64,000 nucleotides of DNA from contig CAWKBC010000034.1 of assembly GCA_963847705.1 (NCBI GenBank), forward strand, positions 64,001 through 128,000. The letters run 5' to 3'. Positions 1-9,851 of this stretch are shown in pieces. The stretch is from an uncultured Pseudomonadota bacterium. Its GTDB lineage: Bacteria > Myxococcota_A > Polyangia > Fen-1088. Position 1 is the stretch's first letter. The number at the start of each line of letters is the position of its first letter. The notes under the pieces are model-generated. The model did not search any database, was not told the DNA's origin, and saw only the letters and a program-made list of their open reading frames with translations. Both the position numbers and the translations under genes were made by a program.

Positions 1-105
1 CTGCAGGATCCCCTCTTTGGACATCTTCTGCTTCAGGATCTTGAGCGCTTTATCTACAGAATCGCGAACTTCGACCTCGAGCGGTCGTCCGAGCAGTGTC
101 TCCAA
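1..105 (-). CDS. rpsU: 30S ribosomal protein S21 (5' part; runs off window)
   Basis: Not in the ORF track. Manual translation from TTG at 105 gives METLLGRPLEVEVRDSVDKALKILKQKMSKEGILQ, the S21 pattern V..S.DKAL..LK.K..KEGI; AAGGAG RBS upstream. Confidence 0.85.
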   Translation of the reverse strand, partial: METLLGRPLEVEVRDSVDKALKILKQKMSKEGILQ

Positions 106-295
106 GCGTGGGCTCCTTTGAGGAGGGGGCATTTGACACGCCCAAAGGGGCGCAGTCAAGGCGCTTCGGCCCTCTAAAGGAGTCTTTGCACAAGACGCAT
201 GATCGGGGTATGTAACGCTGAACTTTCGGAATATTCCGTAGGTTTTCCTCCGGGAAGACCTTTCGGGATTCCTCGACCAAAAAGGAGCGATCAGA

Positions 296-484
296 ATGGT
301 CATGGGGGCTAAGGTCTTCACCGCGACGAAGGCCAAGGACCGGGAGGAGCTCGGCGAGGTGATCACCCGTTGGATTGCGAACAACCCGCGCGCGAAGATC
401 ATCGACAAGATCGTCACCCAGAGCTCGGACAGTGAGTTCCACTGTCTGTCGATCACGATTTTCTACGAGCTGTCGCCGCAGTAG
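296..484 (+). CDS. small hypothetical protein (62 aa)
   Basis: AAAAGGAG RBS, GC3-rich codons; KVFTATKAKDREELGE..TQSSDSEFHCLSITIFY resembles a small myxobacterial protein as I recall it. Confidence 0.8.
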   Translation: MVMGAKVFTATKAKDREELGEVITRWIANNPRAKIIDKIVTQSSDSEFHCLSITIFYELSPQ

Positions 485-506
485 TCGTCGTCTCTGATTC
501 ATCTCG

Positions 507-1370
507 ATGCGTTTCGGCTTCCTGCTCAAGCGCGGTAAGCCCGAAGCACGGGAGCTGGCCGAGACCCTGGGCAAGGTCTTGCTGGGGCGCGGCGCGACAC
601 TGTTCGCTCTCGCCGAGGACGCGAGCGCGATCCCTGGCGCGACGGTGGTCGCCCCCGAGGAGTTGGCGGCGTCAATCGACGTCCTGGTCGTGCTGGGCGG
701 CGACGGGACGTTCCTCTACGGCGCCGCGCTGGCCGGCGATCGCGGGATCCCCATCTTCGGCGTCAACCTGGGCAGCCTGGGGTTCATCACCCCCTACGCC
801 CGCGGTGAAGCGGCCGCCGCCATCGACCAGGCCTGCCGCGGCGGCCTGGTGATCGAGGAGCGAATCCGGCTGGCGGTCTCCCTCCGTCGGGCGGACGACA
901 GCGCGCCCCAGCCGCCCCGTTCGGCGGTCAACGACGCCGTGCTGACCCGTCCGGCCGCCCGCCTGCTCGATCTCGAGGCGCGCCTCGACGGCGCCGAGAT
1001 CACCACCTACAAGGCCGACGGGCTGATCGTGGCGACGCCGACCGGCTCGACCGCCTACTCGCTGGCGGCGGGGGGCCCCCTGCTCACGCCCGACCTGGAG
1101 GCGATCGTGCTGACGCCGATCAGCCCGCACACGCTGACCAACCGGCCGCTGGTCTTCCGCCCCGATTCCCGCCTCTCGATCCGCAACGCCTCCGACGGCC
1201 CGGTCTCCCTGACGATCGACGGGCAGTGGACCGAGACGCTGCCCAGCGACGCCTGGATCGACGTGCGCCGCGCCGAAAAGCCGCTGCGCCTCTATCAGGC
1301 CCCCCGCGGTTTCTTCGGCATCCTGCGCGAGAAGCTCTCCTGGGGGTCGCGCAGGGTCGAAGAGAAGTAG
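507..1370 (+). CDS. nadK: NAD(+) kinase
   Basis: GGDGT, VND, DGLIVATPTGSTAYSLAAGG motifs; lies upstream of recN, the usual synteny. Confidence 0.95.
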   Translation: MRFGFLLKRGKPEARELAETLGKVLLGRGATLFALAEDASAIPGATVVAPEELAASIDVLVVLGGDGTFLYGAALAGDRGIPIFGVNLGSLGFITPYARGEAAAAIDQACRGGLVIEERIRLAVSLRRADDSAPQPPRSAVNDAVLTRPAARLLDLEARLDGAEITTYKADGLIVATPTGSTAYSLAAGGPLLTPDLEAIVLTPISPHTLTNRPLVFRPDSRLSIRNASDGPVSLTIDGQWTETLPSDAWIDVRRAEKPLRLYQAPRGFFGILREKLSWGSRRVEEK

Positions 1371-1491
1371 AGGCAGACAGAGTGCGTGAGGTCGAGACGG
1401 GCTTCGCCGGCTCGAGCTCTTCGCCTGGGGTGCGGGACCCTTTCGAGGTCCCGACTAGAAACGAAGCCACGTTCCTGGCGATAATGCCGGG

Positions 1492-3157
1492 GTGCTGACC
1501 CTGCTTCGCATCTCGGGCTTCGCGCTGATCGACGAGCTCGAGCTGCCGCTCGGACCTGGCCTCACCGCCGTGACGGGCGAGACGGGCGCCGGGAAGAGCA
1601 TCCTGGTCGACGCGCTGGGGCTGCTGCGGGGCGGGCGCGCCGGCGCCGACGTGATCCGCACCGGCCGCGACGAGGCGCGGGTGGAGGCGATCCTCGAGCT
1701 CCCCGCCGGCTCGGCGACGCGCGCGCGTCTGGTGGCGGACGGGCGGGAGGTCGAAGAGGGGCTGGTCGTGCGGCGGGTGATCGCGCGCGGGGGGCGCGGC
1801 CGCACGCACCTGGGCGGCGGGCTGGCGACGGCCGCCGACCTGGCATCGACGGTGGCGGGCCTCATCGACATCGCCTCGCAGCACGATCAACAGTCGCTGA
1901 CCGATCCGGAGAGCCAGCTGGCGATCCTGGACGCCTTCGCCGAGAACCAGCCGCTGCGCGACGAGATGACGGCGGCGTACGCGGCGCGGGCGGCGACGGC
2001 GGCGGCGCTGGCCTCGTTTTCGGCCGACGCGCGGGCGCGCAGCGAACGGGAAGATCTGTTGCGGTTTCAGCTGGCCGAGCTGGAGGCGGCGGGGCCGGCG
2101 CCTGGTGAGGACGGCGCGCTCGCCGCCGAGCGGGAGCGCCTCAAGGGGGCGGAAAAATTTCTGGCCGCGACCGCGCGCGGCGAGGAGACGCTGTACGCCG
2201 GCGACGGCGCCGTGGCGGAGCGCCTGGCCAGCGTGGCGCGGGAGCTGACGCCGCTGGCGGCGCTCGATCCCGCGCTCGGGCCGCTGGTCGAGCGGCTGGC
2301 CGACGCGCAGGCCGCGATCGAGGATGTCGCGCGCGAGCTCGGCCGCTATGTGCGGGGGATCCGCTCGGACCCGGCCCGACTCGAAGAGGTCGAAGAGCGG
2401 CTCTTCCTGCTGCAGAAGCTCTGCCGCAAGCACGGCGGGACGGTCGCCGATTCTGGCCGCCAAGCAATCGGCACTGCGCGCCGAGCTGGGCGAGCTCGGG
2501 TCCTTCGAAGAGGGGATGGCGGCGCGGCAGGCGGCGGCGAGCGCGGCCGAGGCGCGCGCCAGCGCGGCAGCGGAGGCGCTCAGCGCCTCGCGGCGGCAGG
2601 CGGCGGGCAGCCTGGAGAAGAAGGTCACCGCCGTCCTGCGCGAGCTCGGCTTTGCCTCGGCGCGTCTGCCGGTGGCCGTCGAAGCACGCGACCTCGGTCC
2701 GAACGGCGCCGACCGCGTCCGACTGCTGTTCGCCCCCAACCCCGGCGAGGAGGCGCGTCCGCTGGCCAAGATCGCCTCGGGGGGCGAGCTGTCGCGGGTC
2801 ATGCTGGCGGTCAAGCAGACGCTGGCGCGCACGGACGAGGTGCTGACCTACGTGTTCGACGAGGTCGACGCCGGGATCGGCGGCGGCACGGCCGAGATCG
2901 TCGGGCGTAAGCTGAAGCGCCTGGCGGCTGAGCGGCAGGTCATCGTCATCACGCACCTCCCCCAGGTCGCCGCCTTCGCCGACGCGCACGTGCGCGTCAC
3001 CAAGACGGCTGCGCGCGGCAAGACGCGCGTCGAGATCACCCGCCTCGACGACGCCGACCGCCCCGGGGAGATCGCGCGCATGCTGGCGGGCGCCGCCCCG
3101 TCGGCTCAGGCGACGGCCCACGCGGAAGAGATGCTCCGCAACGCTCGCGCCGACTAG
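1492..3157 (+). pseudogene. recN: DNA repair protein RecN, split by a +1 frameshift at about 2451 as assembled (possibly a sequence error)
   Basis: Walker A GETGAGKS in frame 1492; ASGGELSR, FDEVDAGIGG and ITHLPQVA in frame 2324..3157. Removing one T in GCCGATTCTGGCC restores ...VAD-LAAKQ. Confidence 0.9.
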
Positions 3158-3242
3158 GAGGGCATCGCCGAAAGGCGACGGTGAGCGAAGCGAACGATGG
3201 ACACTGGCCCGACGACGCGCCGCCCGGTAGGCGGCCTCAGGC
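3157..3242. repeat. dispersed palindromic (REP-like) element, copy 1
   Basis: Closely matches the reverse complement of 24924-25003; hairpins TCGCC-GAAA-GGCGA and GCCGCC-CGGTA-GGCGGC. Confidence 0.8.
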
Positions 3243-3393
3243 GGCCTGGCCCGCCCGAGCCCAGCCAGTGGGACCGCGAACGAGCCTTCGATCTTCCTTC
3301 GACAGCGCTTAATTGATTGGGCCGGCAGCGCGTGCTAGTTGAAGAGAAGCCGCGAGAACACGCCGGCTACGGCTCCCGCCCCCCCGAGGTCGA

Positions 3394-5121
3394 GTGGCAC
3401 GCAGACGACGCAGACGGCAATCCGGTGAAATGAAGAACTCGCTCAGGCTGAGCGTGCTCTTGGTGGGGTTGGTCGGGATCAACGTCTACGTCTTCTTTTT
3501 CAACCACAAGACGGCGCCGCGCGACGTCCTGAACCTCCAGTCGACGACCAAGACCATGGAGACGACCCGCCGGGAGGTCTTGGCGGCGGACGCCCGTGAG
3601 GCCCGAGAGGCGCTGACGGCCGAGGCTGCTGCCAGGACGACGAGCAAGCCGGCGACAAAGAACAAGCCCCCTGAATCCCGCGCGGAGACGGCCGCGACTG
3701 CAGCGACCAAATCAACCGCGCTGGTGGCCGAGCGGACCGCGCCGGCGGTCGAACCGGCTGTGCCGACGGCCGAAGCGGCCGTGCCGACGGCGGCCGAGGC
3801 CCCGCTGCCGCCACCCGCCCCCCCCAAGCTGCTCTCGCCCAAACCTGATCTCGCCGCGCGAACGTTCGCCGCCAACACCCCCCCACCCCGCGCGGCCTTT
3901 CAGGTCCCCTATGCGCCGCCGCCCGAGCCGATGACGGCCCGCGCCTCGACGCCTCCCCACGCGGCGTTTCAGATCCCCTTCGCGCCGCCGGCCGAGGACG
4001 ACGGTGACGCGCACGAGGACTCGGTCGAGAAGAAGTTCAACAACGCCGACACCCTGGGCCAGGTGCTGGCGCGCGAGGGGTTCGGCCCCGCCGGCCCGCA
4101 GGTGACGGCCGCGCTCGCCAAGCTCTGCGATCCGCGCAGCATCCGCGGCGGGCAGAAGTACGTCGTGCGGCTCGGCGAGGACGGCGCGCCCGCGTCGTTC
4201 GAGTACCAGTCGTCGGCGATCCTCCGCTACCTCGTCGAGAAGGACGAGGAGACCGGCTCGTGGAAAGGCCGCAAGCTGGAGGCGGCGGTCGAGATCAAGA
4301 CCGTCGCGGCCGGCGGCGTCGTCGATTCGTCGCTCTACGAATCAGTCCAGAAGGCGGGCGAGTCGACGGCGCTGGTGAGCCTGCTGGTCGAGCAGTTCGC
4401 CTGGGACGTGAACTTCTATACCGACACCCACCCGGGCGATCACTGGAAGGTGGTCATCGAGAAGCAGTATCTCGGGGGGCAGTTCTACAAGTACGGGCGT
4501 CTCCTGGCAGCGGAGTACGGCGGCAAGGTCGGCACCTTCCGCTCGTTCTTCTGGGCCGGCAAGGGCGCGCCGCGCGACAAGCCGGGCAAGTACTACGACG
4601 ACCACGGACTGGCGATCTCCAAGACCATGCTGAAGACGCCGCTGCGCTACGTACGCATCAGCTCGAAGTTCGACCGCAAGCGCTTCCACCCGATCCTGCA
4701 CGTCGAAAAGGCGCACCTCGGCATCGACTACGCGGCGCCGCAAGGCACGCCGGTCTGGGCCTCGGCCAGCGGGCGCGTGGTCGAGGTGGGCCTCAAGCGC
4801 GGCTCGGGCAACACCATCGTGCTGGCCCACGCCAACGGCCTCTCGACCCGCTACTACCACCTGTCACGCTACGCGCGCGGGCTGCACGTCGGGCAGCAGG
4901 TGAAACAGAAAGAGGTCATCGGCTTCGTCGGAATGACGGGCCTGGCGACGGGACCGCACTTGCACTTCAGCGTCACCAAGAACGGCGCCTTCGTCGATCC
5001 GAGCAAGCTGAACGTGAGCCGCGACGCCCCGGTGCCGGACCACGGCGCCTTCATGGACGCCATCCGCCCCCGCATCGCCGCGCTGAAGGCCATCCAGCCC
5101 GGCGCCGTCGCCGGCAACTAA
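3394..5121 (+). CDS. M23 family peptidoglycan DD-metalloendopeptidase with N-terminal membrane anchor and Pro/Ala linker
   Basis: HLGID (HxxxD) and GPHLHF zinc motifs; N-terminal TM helix; alternative start ATG at 3430. Confidence 0.9.
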   Translation: MARRRRRRQSGEMKNSLRLSVLLVGLVGINVYVFFFNHKTAPRDVLNLQSTTKTMETTRREVLAADAREAREALTAEAAARTTSKPATKNKPPESRAETAATAATKSTALVAERTAPAVEPAVPTAEAAVPTAAEAPLPPPAPPKLLSPKPDLAARTFAANTPPPRAAFQVPYAPPPEPMTARASTPPHAAFQIPFAPPAEDDGDAHEDSVEKKFNNADTLGQVLAREGFGPAGPQVTAALAKLCDPRSIRGGQKYVVRLGEDGAPASFEYQSSAILRYLVEKDEETGSWKGRKLEAAVEIKTVAAGGVVDSSLYESVQKAGESTALVSLLVEQFAWDVNFYTDTHPGDHWKVVIEKQYLGGQFYKYGRLLAAEYGGKVGTFRSFFWAGKGAPRDKPGKYYDDHGLAISKTMLKTPLRYVRISSKFDRKRFHPILHVEKAHLGIDYAAPQGTPVWASASGRVVEVGLKRGSGNTIVLAHANGLSTRYYHLSRYARGLHVGQQVKQKEVIGFVGMTGLATGPHLHFSVTKNGAFVDPSKLNVSRDAPVPDHGAFMDAIRPRIAALKAIQPGAVAGN

Positions 5122-5130
5122 CCCCCTCCT

Positions 5131-5304
5131 GCTCGCTCCGCTCCGCTCCGCTCCGCTCCGCTCAACTCTTCGGCGAGGGCGAGGGGGCCGGGAGTTCGGT
5201 CGGCCTCCGCACCCGAGGGGTTGGAATCGGCAGGCGGAACAACAGAGCCGCCTGCCTCAGCTCCGGCCGACCGAACTCCCGGCCCCCTCGCTGGCCGAAA
5301 GAGC
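5131..5304 (+). repeat. structured palindromic element, copy A, preceded by (GCTCC)n
   Basis: 27-bp perfect inverted repeat 5179-5205/5265-5291 enclosing the hairpin GGCAGGCGG-AACAACAGAG-CCGCCTGCC. Confidence 0.85.
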
Positions 5305-5314
5305 AGCGCTCCAC

Positions 5315-5470
5315 TCCGCGCGAAGTCTGACCCTGCCTCCGCGCGAAAGTCTGCACCCTGCTCCGCGCGAAGTCTGCACCCTGCTCCGCGCCGAAAGTCT
5401 GCACCCTGCTCCGCGCGAAGTCTGCACCCTGCCTCCGCGCGAAGTCTGCACCCTGCCTCGCGCGAAAGAC
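5315..5470. repeat. tandem repeat, about 6.5 copies of CTCCGCGCGAAGTCTGCACCCTG (22-25 bp units)
   Basis: Head-to-tail copies visible directly; units differ by 1-2 nt indels; no spacers. Confidence 0.95.
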
Positions 5471-5578
5471 CGGACCCCACTCCGTCCGAAGGGCCCGCGC
5501 AGGAAGCGCATCCGGTGGCGGGGAGCGGAGCTCTTTCCGGGGGGCTCGTGCGCAGCGGAGACGAGGTTGAACGCGCGT

Positions 5579-5720
5579 GCGGGTGGGGCCGGGGAGCTTC
5601 TCGGCCGGAGCTAAGGCGGGCGGCTCTGTTGTTCCGCCCGCCGCTTCCAACCCCTTGGGTGCGGAGGCCGAGGAGCTCCCCGGCCCCGCCCGCCCCCGCC
5701 GGAAACTGAGCGGAGCGGAG
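5579..5720 (-). repeat. structured palindromic element, copy B (inverted relative to copy A)
   Basis: Reverse complement shares GGCCTCCGCACCC.AGGGGTTGGAA, GGCGGAACAACAGAGCCGCC and AGCTCCGGCCGA with copy A; has its own inverted repeat 5579-5606/5666-5693. Confidence 0.85.
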
Positions 5721-5744
5721 AGCCCGGGGGGAGCTAAGGAAGAG

Positions 5745-7712
5745 CTAAGGAGAAGCCGGGGTGAGCTGGGTGTAGTCGAGGAAGTTGCCGGTCATCATGA
5801 GGAGAGACATGACCGTCCACGACGACTCGTAGTACTCACCGCCGACGAACAGGTTGTCGCCCTTGACCAGGCCGTACGCGCTGTTGAGGAAGGCCTGGTT
5901 GGAGGCGCTGTTCATGGCGCCGACCGCGGCCGGGCCGATGAAGGCCGCCGACTGTCCCTGCGAGACCGTATGCGCCCCCGAGTTCACCGTGCCGTCCATG
6001 TTGTAGCCGTCGACGATGCTGGCGGCCCCGACGCCGCTGAAGAAGCTGCTGGTCAACGCCACGTATTGCTGAGCGCGCGAGGGGTTGAGCGCCGCCGCCG
6101 CGCCCGACGCGCTGGCGCCGTTCAGGCACCAGTCGATCCCGATCCGGAACGGCGTCCGGCAAGCGTCGTACTGGTAGTAGTAGGGACCTGCGCTCGACAT
6201 GCCGCCGGTGTTGGTGGACCAGCCGGGGACCAGCCCGTTGGTGGTGTTTTTGTTGCCTGTGTTGAGCACGTTGCAGAACGTCGTGCCCGACTTGTCGCAG
6301 AGGATCGTGTCGTAGACCGTCTGGGTGACGGCGTCCCAGGTGTGCGTCGAATCGGTGTCCACCTGCTTGAACACGCGGTAGTAGGCCGGCGCAAAGTACG
6401 AGACGTTGACGTCGTTGAAGAGATTGCCCGGCCAGCTGTCGCCGGGACCGGCCAGCTTCGAGCTGTAGACCTCGTGGTTCCAGATGTTCTGGATCTGCGT
6501 CTTGGCCAGGCCGGCGTAGTTGAGTCCGCCGCTCGACCCCCACTGCTTGTCGGCCATCACCAGCGCCCAGGCCATGTCCTCGTCGGCGTCGGTGGCGGCG
6601 CCGCTCTCGGGCTGCCCGTTCACCACCGGCGCGTTCCCACTCGCGTCGACCACCCAGTTCATGAGGCCGTTCGAGTCGGTGTGGAGCTGCTCGTACTTCC
6701 AGAGGTTGTCGAACAGCGTGTGATCGCCCATGTAGACGGCGATGACCATTCCGTAGCCGATCCCCTCGGAGACGGTCGAGTTGAGCGGGGTGGCCCCGGA
6801 CGGGCTGCCGAGCCCGTCGGACGACGTCCGCTGCACGCGCTGGAAGTTGCCCGCCCCGCTGGAGGTGACCAGGTCCGCCTTCCACTTGGTGTAGGCGGCC
6901 ATGACGTCGTTGTTGTCGTAGGCCGTCGGGTAGGTGCAGCCCGACATCTGGCGGTTCTGGGGGAACGGAAAGTTCGTTCCGTTCGAGGGCGGCGTCGGTC
7001 CGCGCGAGAGGCCCCCCGTCCCGGAGACGCCACCCGTGGCCCCCCCGGCGCCGCCGGCCCCCGCGCCGCCGGCCGAACCGCCCGTGCCGGTGCTGGCGGT
7101 CGCGCAGGTTCCGTTGCTGCAGGTCTGGCCGCTGGCGCAGGCGTGACCGCAGCTGCCGCAGTTGCCTGCGTTGGAGGTGGTATCGATGCAGCTCCCGCCG
7201 CACAGCTGCTGGCCGGAGACGGTGCAGCTGCAGATCCCGCTCACGCAGGAAGAGCCGGAGCCGCAGGCGGTGCCGCACGTTCCGCAGTCGGCCGCGTTCG
7301 ACGGCCCGCTGCAGGTGCCGTCCGTGCATTTCGTCCCCGACGTGCAGGTCGACGAGCAGGTCCCCGTGCTGTCGCAGACGTCGCCGCTCGCGCACGCCGC
7401 GCAACTGGCGCCGCAGTGGTCGGGGCTCGACTGGACGCAGGTGCCGCCACAGCTCACGAAGCCGCCCGTGCAAACGCAGGAACCCGCCGAGCAGGTGCTG
7501 CCGCTCCCGCAGGCCTTGCCGCACGTCCCGCAGTTCTGGCTGTCGCCCTGCAGGTTGACGCAGGTGGTGCCGCACTGCATCTGACCGGAGCTACAGGAAG
7601 ATCCCGTTCCCCCGGACCCGCCCCGTATCGGCGGCGTGCACGACGCCAGCGACCCCGCGGCCAGGCCGCCGACCAAGAGAACAAAGAGAGTCCTGAGGGG
7701 TGTGAGCTTCAT
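5745..7712 (-). CDS. glycoside hydrolase family 8 lipoprotein with N-terminal Cys-rich repeats
   Basis: Lipobox LASC; repeated NCGxCGxAC units; GH8 motifs TVSEGIGYGM, ATDADEDMAWAL, YDACRTPFRIG. Confidence 0.9.
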   Translation of the reverse strand: MKLTPLRTLFVLLVGGLAAGSLASCTPPIRGGSGGTGSSCSSGQMQCGTTCVNLQGDSQNCGTCGKACGSGSTCSAGSCVCTGGFVSCGGTCVQSSPDHCGASCAACASGDVCDSTGTCSSTCTSGTKCTDGTCSGPSNAADCGTCGTACGSGSSCVSGICSCTVSGQQLCGGSCIDTTSNAGNCGSCGHACASGQTCSNGTCATASTGTGGSAGGAGAGGAGGATGGVSGTGGLSRGPTPPSNGTNFPFPQNRQMSGCTYPTAYDNNDVMAAYTKWKADLVTSSGAGNFQRVQRTSSDGLGSPSGATPLNSTVSEGIGYGMVIAVYMGDHTLFDNLWKYEQLHTDSNGLMNWVVDASGNAPVVNGQPESGAATDADEDMAWALVMADKQWGSSGGLNYAGLAKTQIQNIWNHEVYSSKLAGPGDSWPGNLFNDVNVSYFAPAYYRVFKQVDTDSTHTWDAVTQTVYDTILCDKSGTTFCNVLNTGNKNTTNGLVPGWSTNTGGMSSAGPYYYQYDACRTPFRIGIDWCLNGASASGAAAALNPSRAQQYVALTSSFFSGVGAASIVDGYNMDGTVNSGAHTVSQGQSAAFIGPAAVGAMNSASNQAFLNSAYGLVKGDNLFVGGEYYESSWTVMSLLMMTGNFLDYTQLTPASP

Positions 7713-7784
7713 TTTAAGCTTACCGGAGCTCCACCGCCCGCCGGTCCCCGCCCACGGCCATCTGACCGCCCCGACGCCGATCGG

Positions 7785-9059
7785 TCAAGCTCTTTCGTTT
7801 TCTGGAAATGAAATCGCTCCGAAGCTGACCACGCTGGCCTCGTCGATGTTCCACTGGTCGTAGCCGAGCAACCGTCCGCGCGCCTCGGGAAGAGCGCGCA
7901 GAAACGTGTAGATCGGCGACGTGCCGCACCACTTGAGATCGTCGTAGCCGGCGCTGTCGTCCGCTTCGTCGCCGCGTTCGGCCACCAGCTCCCAAAAACC
8001 GTCGGCGTCGCCGGCGCCGATCCGCTCGACCCGCGCCCGATCGCGCGCGGCGACCGTCACCAGCGGACCGACGTTCGCGCGCGCGGCGAGCGCGTCACCG
8101 TAGCGGCGGCCGACGTGCGCGAAGTCGACCCCCAGCACGAAGGAGAGCCGCTTCCCCTCGCGCGCCGCCAGCTCGCCGAGCGCGCCGGCGAACCGGGCCA
8201 CCTGGTCGTTCGTCTCGGGGCGCCTTCCGGTGCGCGGGCCGTCGGCGAACGCACCGCAGAGCACGGGGAGAATGCGGACGGCCGGACCGAACAGGTACTG
8301 CAGGAAGACCACCTGGAATTCGATGGCGTGCTCGACGAAGTGACACGGGTCCTCGAGGGCCACGGCCCCCGGCGCCTTCTTGGCCAGCGCGTCGACCAGG
8401 GCGACCTCGGTCCGCGCCGCGCCGAACGGTGTGGCGAACGGTTTGCGCGTGAGCCCGTAGCGATCGGGCTCGCCGTAGTGCGAGGTCCCGAGGATCACGA
8501 ACACCCTGTCGCCCCCCGCGAGGTCGACGGGGAGCGCGCCGTAGGCCCGCGCGTAGGTGGCGCTCCCGGCGAAGGGGCTGACGTGCGGTGCGGCGATCGC
8601 CCGCGTGGGCGCGGTGGCGCGCGCGGCGCCTCCCTCGGGCGGCGCCTCACCGAAGTAGCCGCGCAGCGTCTCCGTCAGCGCAGCCGGCGCGGCGGGATAG
8701 GCCCCGCCCACGTGCGCAGCGGGGCGCTCCGGCGACGCGGCGATCTCCCGGAGGCGCGCCGCGCGCAGCTCGGCGAACCGTTCGTCGTCGAGAAAGCCGG
8801 CCTCGCGCAGGGCCTTGACCAGATTCTTGGCCGCCTCCCCGACCGTCACCCGGCCCGCCAGCTTGACCAGCTTGGCGCGCAGATCGCCCTCGTCTTGGCG
8901 GCCGTCGAAGCAGCCGAGACAGCGGGCCAGCAGCGGCGGGACCACCAGCGTCGCCGTCGAATAGCGGTAGGGATCGCGGATGACCAGCCCCGGCTGCTCC
9001 GGCAGCGGCGACGGCATCACGTCGAGATCGGCGCGCAGACGCGGCAGGGGGGCTGCCAT
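7785..9059 (-). CDS. MEMO1 family (AmmeMemoRadiSam protein B) with N-terminal extension
   Basis: AAHVGGAYP, IAAPH, ILGTSH, EHAIEFQ, DFAHVG and CG motifs of the MEMO family. Confidence 0.85.
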   Translation of the reverse strand: MAAPLPRLRADLDVMPSPLPEQPGLVIRDPYRYSTATLVVPPLLARCLGCFDGRQDEGDLRAKLVKLAGRVTVGEAAKNLVKALREAGFLDDERFAELRAARLREIAASPERPAAHVGGAYPAAPAALTETLRGYFGEAPPEGGAARATAPTRAIAAPHVSPFAGSATYARAYGALPVDLAGGDRVFVILGTSHYGEPDRYGLTRKPFATPFGAARTEVALVDALAKKAPGAVALEDPCHFVEHAIEFQVVFLQYLFGPAVRILPVLCGAFADGPRTGRRPETNDQVARFAGALGELAAREGKRLSFVLGVDFAHVGRRYGDALAARANVGPLVTVAARDRARVERIGAGDADGFWELVAERGDEADDSAGYDDLKWCGTSPIYTFLRALPEARGRLLGYDQWNIDEASVVSFGAISFPENERA

Positions 9060-9121
9060 GACCCTCTTTCATCATGCCACGCAGCTGGCGTCTGGGACAC
9101 CCGCGCGCCACAATCACCCGC

Positions 9122-9766
<645 letters not shown>

Positions 9767-9780
9767 TCAGCGGATCGCGT

Positions 9781-9848
9781 GGGCGGAGCGAGGCTTCGCC
9801 TCGCGGAGCCCTTCGCGGGAGGGGGTGGGAACCCTCCCAGGGTTCCCA
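9781..9848. repeat. cluster of short palindromes between convergent genes (REP-like or bidirectional terminator)
   Basis: GCGAGGC-TTC-GCCTCGC and TGGGAACCCT-CCC-AGGGTTCCCA hairpins between the msrA and kinase stop codons. Confidence 0.6.
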
Positions 9849-9851
9849 TTA

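Noticed and set aside
2440-2465. Programmed ribosomal frameshift in recN
   Set aside because: No slippery sequence or stimulatory structure; other isolated indels in the window point to error or mutation.
5315-5470. Possible CRISPR array
   Set aside because: Units are head-to-tail with no unique spacers, and there are no cas genes in the window.
5118-5709. ORFs of 84-162 aa across the repeat region
   Set aside because: They are translations of the palindromes and tandem repeat; no RBS or protein-like composition.
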